Positions 25,931 through 37,058 of a stretch of 64,000 nucleotides of DNA are shown piece by piece. The stretch lies in contig CM114271.1 of assembly GCA_050084515.1 (NCBI GenBank), forward strand, positions 620,001-684,000, written 5' to 3'. A model generated the notes under the pieces. That model was given only the letters and a program-made list of their open reading frames with translations. It was not told where the DNA came from and searched no databases. Made by a program: the position numbers and the translations under genes. The DNA comes from Blasia pusilla (taxonomy: Eukaryota). Each line of letters begins with the position of its first letter. The first letter of the stretch is position 1.

Positions 25931-28660
25931 ACGTGATGTGGCAAATCATTGATCTGTCATCTCATCGACAAACCATCCTCAACTCTGGACATCCACACAG
26001 GTCTATGTCCCCTAAACCCATAGATCATGAATGCTCCTAGCATCAGCACGAAGCTCAATATTCAAATAACTTCCCAATATCCGGAAATCCCTCACACGTT
26101 CAGGGTAAGAGACCAGAATGGATAACCTGACAATAATATCGATGTCGCTCCTCGGCAAGTGCAAATCTCGACCCCAACTCGGTCGTAAAGACAACTCCTC
26201 CAATCAGCAAGTCGTACTCCTCTCGTACTCATGCTGCTCAAACCTCCTCGATGTGCGGTGCAGGTCCAGCGGTCCGGTGCGGCAATGGCGGCACGGAACG
26301 GCTACAAATGGCACGGCACTCAAGAATGGGATGTGGCACTCGGCGGCATACCCTCCTCAATCAGAAATTCACACGCTCTGCTCCTTAGTGAAGGAGCGGC
26401 TACGTGATCGAGACGGTGCAGCCACGAGCGGCAGGGCGCAGCAATGGGCAACGCGTTGCGGCTACGGGCGTCACGGCACGATACTCGATCGTCGTTGAGC
26501 GGCTATCAATCATAACATAGCAGCATGAAATGAAAACTCAAACACCATAACCCCAGGTCATCTGCCATCACTGGTTGATGAGGAAAGTACGATGATGGTG
26601 GCGGCAAAAACAAAGTACGTGGTGGCGCAGCAAGTCACAGAATCAACGGTCGTGGTGGAAGACCCTCCATTCCATAATGGCGGCAACGGCAACCAAAGGG
26701 TGGACAACGGACGAACGCGGCTCTGAGCAATGGGCGGCAGCGGCCGACAGTGGACGGTGGACCGTTGATAGTGACGATTGATCGTTGATGGTGACGACCG
26801 ACCGTTGACGGTGATGATTGACCGTTGACCATTGATCGTTGACTAGTGATGGTGACAATTGACCATCGACGGTGGACCATTGACGGTGACTATGACGGCG
26901 GCGACTGCCACGGCGTGGTGGCTGGTTTAGGGTTTGAACAATTTAACCCTAAAAATCGCCTAGCAATGGTAGTTTTGTAAGATTGACCATAACTTTTTGC
27001 TCGCAACTCCAAATTGCGCACCATATGTTGCACAACATGCATAGCTTCATGATCTACAACAAAATCAAAAAATATTTTGAATTGAACATTCCAGTAAAAA
27101 TTGACGAGGACTATTATAAAGCCCAATGTCTCTTTCTCCTACACAAAATTCGGCAGTGCTTCCGTGCTGATTTCTCCCAACGAAAATGTAAAACCTGTAC
27201 AAATACAAATCAACAAGCTACATGGTGCTCCTGAGAGCATCGGCATGGGGCAACCCGCCCCCATACTCAATCCCTATCAAAAGTTGGGCAGCGCTTCCGC
27301 GCGCCATTCGTCCAGACGAAAAATCGGCAAAGGAAACATTACAAGTAAGCGGCTCTTGCTCCGGTGAGCACTCCCATGAACCGCTGAACGGGGAATATGG
27401 TCCCCAACCTGGAAAACCAATGAGTGACCAGCGAGCTCCGCCATGACACTCTCTCACTCACCCATTCTCTCTTTGTAAAATAAGATCCAATCTCTCTCAC
27501 AACACCATAGTTCTCACATGTGTGCACTCTCATATGTCTCTCTCACCGTCAAACCAAACCCACTCTCCTAATGAGAGGCTTGGGTTACACACACAAGGCA
27601 AGCAAGACCATAGCTCCACCGCCTCATGCCAAGAGGTTCAACAAAGAGAGAATGAGCTCTCAAGCTCTCTCTCCTTGAGATATACCCCTCCCCTCTCCCA
27701 AGCTCTCTCCATGGTAACCTATGCTCCCAAGTCACGTCATTGGCTCTTGACCTGATGTAGGAGGTCAAAGGTCACTTACTAAAAATAGAAAGTCGATCAT
27801 ATACTCAAAATGGTAATTACCAAAAATAAAAAGTCGATCATATACTCAAAATGGTACTTATCTAAAATAGAAAGTTCTTCAATATGGCTCTAAATGAGCC
27901 GAAATGAAGGGGAAACCTGCTCTCTTAGGTTTCCAATGGCCTTAGCAGGTCATCCTCGACCTATTGAGCCTGTCCTCCACTACTCACGAAGGCGATCTAC
28001 TAGATCTCACCGACATATCCTAAAAGACGTGACAACAGACTTATCTGTTTTTGTGCAACCATGATCAAGAAATAATCTCTTACTTACAAGAAGCCCTAAA
28101 GATTCATACGTGTTGCTTTCTTCATAGGCTCTTTATTGTTATTCTAGCTTGTAACACTCTTGCTCAACCGATCTTATTATGGGAATAATATTTGGTATAT
28201 TTTACCAATGACCTATTTTACCTACGATGTGAGATAGCCTTCCATTTCCAATTTTCTATTTATCTACATTCTCATTCCTACCACGTCTCTCATACTAAAT
28301 GTTGACACTTATTTGATTTTTTGTGATAATGTCATTTTAGAGAACAAGACTTCCAAACCTACCTTTGGATTTGATTACCATAAATAGCATATTATTAGAA
28401 GTGGACTACCATCTACAACTTTACAAGATCAAGGAAAAAGATTGTCAAACTTTCCAGATTTGCCTCAACCCACTTTCCATACACACACTACTATGCCAAC
28501 ACATTTAGAAGAAATAAGGCTTCTAAACAATCAAGACAAATTGTTGGAAAGAGTTATAGTTGGAGAGTCAAAATTTAATAATGGCCATGGTGTGGTTTGG
28601 GATGCTCTACATGAGGAGATAGAAAATATTCTTTAGAATGCTCCGCCATCACCAAAATTA

Positions 28661-28826
28661 CTAGTGGGCAGCCCGTGTCATGTACGGGAAGGATTAATCA
28701 TGTTGCGCACAAAATTTTTTTCTTGCTGCCTATAGAGAGGTAAATATTTTTTTTCTGCCCGGTTGCCACATGTCAAGCAAAGAGGTGTTTGCAAATCAAG
28801 AAGGTACTCTCCAATAGTAATATAGA
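28661..28826 (-). mobile_element. Complete 166-bp non-autonomous Helitron
   Basis: On minus: 5'-TCTATATTAC..., 3' hairpin CCCGT-acatgac-ACGGG, terminal CTAG. Inserted at an A|T site with no TSD; removing it restores the helicase frame KLFFIDSLGRAGK. Confidence 0.9.
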
Positions 28827-29929
28827 TTTTTTATTGATAGCCTTGGTAGAGCTGGCAAGGCCCTTTTATATAATATTCTTCTTGGAAGTGCAAATGGTAT
28901 TGCTTTGGTTGTGGAATTTTCAGGTATAGCATCTTTTCTACTTGAAGGTGGATGTAGTACACATTCAGATTTTAGAATTCCTATTACGTTGAATGAAACT
29001 TCATGTGTAGGATATGTGTTAATAGTGCGGAGGCACATGTGATTCGAAAGGCAGTAATTACATGGGATATTGCTCATCACCATGCATGATGCATTTGAGT
29101 TTGTCAATCAAACTTTTCAAGATATTATGGTTGTCATTTTGATGAACTTAGAAAGTTTCCATTTTTTGGAAATTAAGTGTCTTTGGTGGAGATTTTTTAC
29201 AAGTCCTTCTTTTAGTTTGTCACGATGATCAACCATAAAATTTTGCTTGAGACTATCAAGAGATCAACATTTTTTGGGCTCATGTGAGGGTGACAAAACT
29301 TACAACAAACATGAGAGTTCTAAATTCAGTTGGGGAGGTGAGTCTCCATCAACAAGAATTCATTTAGAATTTACTTTCTACGAGACATAATTATTGATTC
29401 CAAGAAACAAAGATGCAAAAGAAGTCAATTGTGAAGTGATATCTTGATGCCAAGGAGAGGTAAGATTCCTATAAGAAAGTAGTAATTATTTTAGTTTGTG
29501 TAATAAAAAGAATACAACTACATGCTTGATACTATACCATTATTAAAGATATTTTATTAACTTAATGTATATGTGTGCGTGGGTATCTTTAGGAACATAC
29601 ATTCTTGAGTTATGACTAAATTTTTGATGATGGAATGAATTACATATACCATACAAAGTTTTTTAATACGTGTTTGCCATCCCATTGTCTAACCTTGAAA
29701 ATTGGTGCTCCTATCATATTTCTCATAAACACTAATGATGCTAGAGGACAAGCAAATGGTACCAAGTTGGTAATTCGAGAATTTGCTCAAACTATTAAAG
29801 ATGCTCAATTCATGATAGGGAGTCATATTGGAGATCAAATTTTTATTCCTTGGCTTCCATTGGTTGCTTGTGACTCGGGCCTATCCTTTGATTGACAGAG
29901 ATTTCAATTTCCAATACGACCTTCTTTTG

Positions 29930-30151
29930 CAAGGTTGCATGGAAACGGACAAGTCTGTCCATGGGACGGACATGCTCGGCCCGCACCTGAGCCCTCTCGG
30001 AGCCCGTTGCGTAGAGTCATAGACCCGGACTGACAAAGCTCGCGCCCGTTGCGTGGCCCGCAACAAGGCTCGTAGGGCGGACTCAAGTCCGCAGCGCCTT
30101 GCAAGGCCTTGAGCTTGCCATGCGGGCTTTAGAGTTCATCATGCAACCATA
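29930..30151. mobile_element. hAT-type MITE
   Basis: TIR CAAGGTTGCATG; perfect TSD TTCTTTTG; removing it restores the Helitron motif QFPIRPSFAMTI. Confidence 0.9.
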
Positions 30152-33007
30152 TTCTTTTGCCATGACTATTAGTAAATTTTAAGGTCAAATATTGCAAAAG
30201 GTGAGCATATACTTGCTACACGAGTCTGTTTCCTCATGGAAAACTTTACGTGGCTTTATCTAGAGTAAGTGTAAGGAGTTTGATTCATATTATGATACAA
30301 AATGATATTCAATCGAATTACGAAGGTTAGTTTATGCACAATGTTGTTCATAAAGAAATTTTGAATGAAAATATATTCACATAAAATCTATATTATTATT
30401 AGCGAACCTCCTCCCTATTCGAAAAGCATCCATCAAGTTCGAATTATTTTTTCTTCGTACCACCCTAAAATATGTCTTTTTTCGTTCTTTTGGTTATTTA
30501 TGGTTGAGGATAGCTAATGATGGAGATTTTGAAATCTACACGAGCAAAACAACACACACCTCAATAGTATTGTAATATGATCTAATGGGGCATATATTCA
30601 ATGAATATTGACACAATTTTTATTTACATATGTTTAATTTAATTTTGTAAGGGAGTTAATCAATTCTACATTTGAATCCTTAAAATGTTGCGTAGGTCAT
30701 TTGGATGGTAGTACTAGTTCAAATAGTTTGACATACCCGTGATTCCTTCGACGCATATATAATAAAATTTATTATATATAGAATGAAGATATTATTATAG
30801 TATGAAATTAGAACTTGAATTCATATAAGTCAAAAATATACCATTCATACTCATGTTAATATTGCTAGGGACTACTAATGATTGGTCATGGAAGGATTTA
30901 AATGCCCCCAAATCCATGAAAGGATGTGAACGCATATTTTTTGTGCGATGGAATGGAATCTGAGCTCACAACAGTTGAGAGGACATACTTCTGAATGAAA
31001 AGAAAGAAATAAAAAAGTGGGTGGATTCGCGATTATAATCGCGTCAAACCTGAAAAGAAGGAGAAAAAGTAACAGTCGCCCGCGTGATTGTTTGCGGCAT
31101 CACATTTATGGAGCCCCGCTCGTAGGGCGTTCGAGCCGCCAATGGTGGGCAAGAAAACATGACAGGCACTCGGAGTTGTTTGCCACACAGGGATAACGTT
31201 TACGGATTAACTTAATTTTCTAAGAGAGTCAGGGTTTAAGGTTGTTTAATTTTTCCCGTGTTTCACCTGACACGTGTATACTACATCTAGATTTTTTTTA
31301 CATGATAACGTCTAGATGTTTTTTATTCAGGGATAACGATTACTGGTTTGTTTAATCTTCTTAGGCAGGCAGCATTTATAGTTATTTAATTTTCGCAGAG
31401 ATCTAACATTTAGATTTTTTTTCCGTAGGGATAAGGTTTACTGATTTGATAAATTTTGTTAGAGAAGCAGCTGTTGTAATTATTTCATTTTCTTTTAGAG
31501 GTCGTGTTTATAGTCCTTTAACTTAATTTATGGTTGATGATTATTTCACTTTTTTAGAGAGGCAAATTCTATGGTTTCTACCCCAAATTTCCCAATAATT
31601 GACTTTGTGCGGATGGCCAACAACGCAACACATACATTCTTCTTGAACAATTCTATGTATGATTCATCAGCTAGGATTAAAATCGATAGGGGTGAATACC
31701 CATTTTCATATGTACACTTCAAAACGAGAAACCATGTTTTCCACGATTTTGCTTACCTCTTGAATAACACTTCCACCATCTCACTTGGAGTCTCACTAAT
31801 TTATTATTTGGGAACCTTTTTTTAAGCCTTCCTGTGTTAAGGGCCAAAGATACAATTAATTAAGTGCTAAAAGTGTCAATTTTCACCGCGCGGGTGAAAA
31901 TATGATATTAAAAGTTATTAAAGGAGGTTTAAAGAGGACCCCTCTTGTGCTAAACATATCATTTTCCACCCGCGCAGGACCCGGGCAGTATTTATTATTA
32001 ATGTTCAGCTTGTTAATTTTGCTAGAGATGTAACGTTTATAGAGATTTTGTTCGTAGGACCGTGTGACGGGCAGACGATGGAAGCGACAGGATGCTGAGG
32101 AGAGTTCATTCGTTCGCTCCACCGGAAAGCACAGGAGAGGAAAAGCGTCGTATGCGTGCGTGCTCCGAAGCGATGGCGGTGAGAGGACAGGACGGAGGAG
32201 GCAGAGGTAGCGGAGGGAGGAGGGCCCACAAGAAGGTTCTGGACCACTCCTTCGCTCTCGCTGCGTCCGGAGCGCGCGGCTCCGCACCGTTGGTTTCAGC
32301 CCATGTAGCAGCGCCTGGCCTCGTCTCCCTCTCTCCTCCGCCATTGGTGCGCCTGCGTATCTTCGCTATTGGTGCGGGTTCTCGCAGTATGGCCCGGCGT
32401 GAGCGCCTTCTTCCTGCTTCACTTTTTCAGCCGCGGGCGGGCTTTGCCAGAGCTCCCATTCCTGCGTCGTCGTCCTTTGGTGTTTTACTATTATAAAGCC
32501 GTGTTCGCTGTGGGGTAATCAGTGCGCGCAGCGGATTCGTTGTTGGATTTCAGGCGGGCCTCGCGCTGCGCTGCCCTTCCGAAATTTCGGAGCGTACGAT
32601 ACTCCAGCTCGGGGAACCACCGGGGCGTCGTTCCAGACGCTTTAAACATTCAAGAAGTGTGCGGGTGCTTGTGGGGCGCTCATGGGTGTTTGTGATGGTT
32701 TCTGAAACGTTTCGGTGATCGAGTGGTCGCCTCGAGCTTCGCTAATTGGTTGCTCGGCAGAGTCGTCGCTGGTTTCAATTCTACCGTGCGTTAGCTTTTC
32801 TTTATTTATTCCTTTAAATCGTTCTTCCCAAAGCCGCTGGTGTTATTCCTCCTTTTGAAGTTTCTGAAGCCATTTCTACCACCAAAATGCAACCTGTTGA
32901 GTGCGTTCCTTACGCGGGAATGGTTACCGTTGGCGCAGCACAATAATCCGTTCGTGATAGTATTTTTCTTGTATATCATTCTTCACTGGTCGGTGCCTAG
33001 CCCGAAG

Positions 33008-34980
33008 ATGTTGTTGCGCAGCAGCTCGACGCCGTTGCTGAGGTCTCTATCCAGTGGATCCCTCGCTCATTCCGAAAGCCTGCGAGAAGTAGAGTGGGAG
33101 AGTGACTCTCCAATTCACTCCCGTGTGTATAGGACAGTCTCGTTCTCCACCGCGACGATTTCTCCTGGGCCCCAGAATTTTGGTGTAGCTGACGATACTC
33201 GGTCCGTAGAGAGCGGAGACTGGGACTTTTGTGGAGATGCAGTCACTTGGCCAAGATTCAGGAGAGCTCAATCCGAAGGCGATCTGCAGAGTCTTGGCCG
33301 GGGATCAGCTCTATCTGCAGTAGCCGAGTCCTTGACTACTTCTACTAGAATGAACAAAGGATTAGATGGTTTGACTGACGCAGAGAACCTGACCAACGTG
33401 GGAAGACAATGGTGTCGTCGAATGGCGGTGAGGCGGCAATCTTCGTTAAGCGTAATTCCATCTAGCAGCGGTACAAGCCGCGGGTCCGAAGCATCGGGGA
33501 GCGATATTTTAGGATTTGGGAAATCTGAGAGATCTGAAGAAGAGGAGGAAGAAACGTTTTTCGAGGAAGTACATGTTGCAGAATCTGTCCACGGCTCCAT
33601 CGACCTTTGGCAAAGGGCGCGCGATGCTTGTCCAACTACCAAGCATCGTGGAGACTCCCTTGAAAAAAGCATGGAAGGAGGGCTTGCACTGGACGGTTTG
33701 GATTCGGAGTTTCGATTGGTGTCGGATGCCGCGCAAGGTGTGACTGCGAGTGGCAAAGACTCTCAAGCCAAGAATTTTGCTTCCGTTTCTGGCAGGGGTG
33801 ATCATGGGTTTTTCGAGGGAGCGAGCCGGGGAGAAAAGTACTCAATCATGGCGACTGGTGCGGACGGAACGATGCTAGTCTGCAACTCACGGGGAAGTAC
33901 GTCTGTGACACCATCGGATCTTGTCGGTCCAATGTTTATAGCCGGCGGATTTGGAATGGGTAGCGGTGGAGTTGGTGGTCGTAACGTTCCAAACGTTGGT
34001 ACCGGTGGAGGAGGAGGAGGCCGAGATGATTCATTGGGAATCGATGCTTATTACAAGCGAGCTTTGGAAGCGGATCCTGGGCAGCCGCTCTTGCTTCGAA
34101 ACTACGCCAGGTTTCTGCACGAGGTGGGTGTGAGAGAAAGAATGAAGGAAAGAGATTTGATTGTTTTGTCCACGGGAAGCGCATATGATTCTGAGAACTC
34201 CGTGCGTATTAAATTGCATCCGGCGGGCAGTTCACGATCAGGACAATCCAACTTCCAGGTCTCATTTTTGAAAGAGATTCATGGTATAAAGACCACTAAC
34301 CCGGACATTAGTCAAATTATAAAAGTCGTTCTCTCTCCGTGCTCGTAGGCTGAGGCCGCCCCCACTTTGCGTTCGAGGGATTAAAAGCTCCTTGCACGAG
34401 AAGATCTTCAGCTACTCCAGTAAACTATCCACCGCCGGATAGTAATCTGCACGAGTTTCTGATTTTATTGGTCGTGTGGCAGGTTAAGAAGGATAATCGC
34501 AGCGCGGAGCCGTATTATGAGAGGGCCATTTTAGCCAATCCTGGTGACGGTGAGTTGCTGGGGCTGTACGCCAAACTTATATGGGATGTTTACAAAGACG
34601 AGGAACGAGCTGGGAGCTACTTCGACCGAGCCTTGCTGGCAGCTCCCGAGAACAGGTCAGTTATCGTGTGTCTCGTTCCTGAAGCCTTGTTCAGACGTTT
34701 AGTATATGTCAGAATCTATTTCATATCGTCATCCCGGCATTTTCTCCAGACAGTCAGAAAGCGGGAATCAAATTTCATGATTGTGGACCGCGCTCTGTGC
34801 ATCAAACTTCTTAACAATTTCTGCGGCTTTGATTAATGCAGTTACGTAGTGGCCGCCTACGCTTCTTTCATGTGGTCCGCGGAGGGTGACGAAGAGACCC
34901 AGGAGCAAATCATACACACCAGTGGGCATGGTGCAAACATTGGTCAGCGCTACTTAAACAGTTCGGTTACAGCTGCCTGA
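33008..34980 (+). CDS. Tetratricopeptide-repeat protein, plant MLLRSSSTP family, about 475 aa
   Basis: Exons 33008-34123, 34483-34655 and 34842-34980 with GT-AG borders in phase. N-terminus MLLRSSSTP, RRAQSEGDL motif, Gly-rich linker, TPR helices YYKRALEADPGQPLLLRNYARFLHE / YYERAILANPGDGELLGLYAKLIW / YVVAAYASFMW. Confidence 0.92.
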
Positions 34981-37058
34981 GTGTTGTTTCGAAGGCGCCG
35001 ACGTAGACAGATTACCGTACTGCTGCATGAGTCTGGTGTCGAAGACGTCGACGTACACAGACCTCCGATTCGCCGTATATATCCTCGCACGGCATGCTCT
35101 TTCGTGACCTTGGTGGGTCTGCCAGTGCGGGCAATCCATGCCACATCGAGCGTCGAGACGCGTTTATTCGCAGGAGCCACTGTGGATGAGATTATCCTGG
35201 TACATAGAAAATAAGGCATCTATTCAGCCTTGACTTTCGAAGAGTGTGGATTGCGTCTTGGTCTAAGGACAAGAATGTGCCCATTGCACACTCTAGTCAT
35301 CGATTCTTACATGATATTTTACCTAGCCTTCTCCCATGCCCGGCTTTCCTATGTGAGGTTGCCAATAGGATGTTTTGAAGTTAGAACCGTTTACTTATAG
35401 ATTCGGACCTCTTGTAGATATGCACTTTTTGACGATCGCTGTAAGATGCTTGAGAAAGATGGGAAAGCTAAGGACGTCGGAAGGCGTTCCACGGTGGAAC
35501 CTTGATTTTCGTATCGAGCGTGGCCCTCCGGAGAGGGTATCCTCTTGACTGTTTTCTGGTTTTTTTGGGGTGAGGAAGAAAAATAAGCTACCGGCAATTC
35601 GCGAGTCGCTGAAAAGCCTGAACCAAATTAAAGATGTGTGCTCTTCTTTTGAAAATCTCCATGCAATGCCTTCTGAATTATGATTCATGATTCGTGTCCC
35701 CGTGTCTAGCGCCGGAGATTCATGTCCGGTGGCTAGTCCGCGATGCGTTCTCTCTGGAAGGAAATAGGTCGACAGTGTTGGGATTGATGTGATCTGGAGC
35801 TCATTCGGAAAGGAGTCAGGCGTGAGACCTCAGGGGAAACCTGTGCGAGTGGTTGTGCGATCTGCGTGTGACTGTTCACGAGCAGCAGCGAATCGTGGAC
35901 TAGTAGACTAAAGTGCGATCAGCAAAGCTAGGGCCAGCCACTCTCCTCCGTTCGTGCGGATAAAACGAATGCGTCCCGATTCGCATTGGTTCATGCGTCT
36001 ATCTTCGGAGCAGCCAAAACACTGGACTCTGGAGCCGTGCATTTACGCCAATCGTGGATGTCAGACACCAAATTTGGCACATCTACCATCCGTCCATCCC
36101 CACCAATGAGCCTCCGACTAATGCGACGGTGAAGCCGTGCACGCGTGGACGGGCACAGACGGTAAATTGACCAAATCCAATCAACGCAGGTAATACTCCC
36201 ATGGTAAGCAGGCCATGCGCAGCGAGAGTAACTGCTACTGAGATCGAGACAAAACTAAAGTGTGCGAATCATTCCGTCAGCTCCTAAATGGGCGAGGTGG
36301 ACCGCGCGCATAGGTCCTGCGGACTATTCTCGATCAAGACACAGATTCAAATGTGGGAATGGTGTCGTCGGCGGTCGGCCCACAACGAATGAATGTCAGC
36401 GCGAAAAGTCCGGTCCACGTGAAATGAGCCAAACGCGCAGCCTCCATTCGGGACGATCAATCAACGAGAGGAAATGCCATCTCCTGCGCGAAGAAGTGTG
36501 AAGTGTGGATCTGGACTCGGGGAGATGTCGCCGAACCTCACAGACGCGGCCCGGGATGCTATCTATCGCCTGCAGTGATATCTATGTATAAGAGTGGGGA
36601 TGGACGAAAGTTGTTCACGAAGGGAATGGTCTGAAAAGAATGACATCTCCAAGGTTTGCAAGAGGTCATGCTCCAACAACTTCAACTGAAACCGGCTGTG
36701 TTTCTAGAACTCGTGTGTGTCCGTTGCAACGGGCTCGAGCAGAGATGTGATCCATGCGCTCTCTCCACATTTGATCCATAACAACTGAGTCCCACGTTTT
36801 CCAGCTTCCCGTCATCATGAATTCACCTCGGTCGCCCGTCCGGAGAATCGGCAGTACGCGGACTCTAACGAATCGGATCTCCCGTCAGTCGATACGTGTA
36901 GCGAAGCCACCTCCCACCCGCGCAGTACTTGAACAAGGCGCGCTCATGAACAACGGGCCTTGCGACTCGATCCGCGCTTGATCGGCCCCCATTTCGTGTC
37001 GCAGTCAGACTCCACCGCATCGCCGAGTACTCGTTGCACATTCTCACGATCGTTCGCG

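Larger units (their letters stand above)
19937..28034 (-). mobile_element. Ty3/gypsy-like retroelement carrying a DNA cytosine methyltransferase, copy 1 (rearranged and internally deleted)
   Basis: Termini TGTCAC (28034, 5' on minus) and CACGACA (19937, 3') with 4-bp TSD ACAG. Contains gag, CCHC knuckle, protease, DNMT and an inverted RT fragment. Its 5' ~1.4 kb is homologous to ~53900-55172. Confidence 0.88.
19654..28063. mobile_element. hAT-type MITE split by the DNMT retroelement (arms 19654-19936 and 28035-28063)
   Basis: TIRs CGAGGTTGCA / TGCAACCATG; TSD ATCAGGAA / ATCAAGAA (7 of 8). Homologous to the MITE at 42191-42516. Confidence 0.85.
18380..30370 (+). mobile_element. Decayed autonomous Helitron (Rep-PIF1 helicase) split by nested insertions
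   Basis: Rep-side fragments DN..VVPYN...FDFHINLEI...VKYLYNYV.KG (~18400-18530) and EACWR...SIVRLAMHLPN (~18730-18830). PIF1 motifs LFFIDSLGRAGK (28658/28827 join), LTLKIGAPIIFLIN...G.ANGT (~29690) and QFPIRPSFAMTI...GQ.L.KV...HGKLYVALSRV...NVVHKEI (29900-30365). Many stops and frameshifts. Confidence 0.88.

Noticed and set aside
26551-26570. Possible primer-binding site TGGCAGATGACCTGGGG on the minus strand
   Set aside because: I could not match it to a tRNA 3' end, and no LTR end matching the 3' terminus adjoins it.
32840-34348. The 502-aa ORF as the true TPR protein
   Set aside because: It starts at an upstream GTG and reads into intron 1; the conserved start is ATG 33008 and the donor is at 34124.
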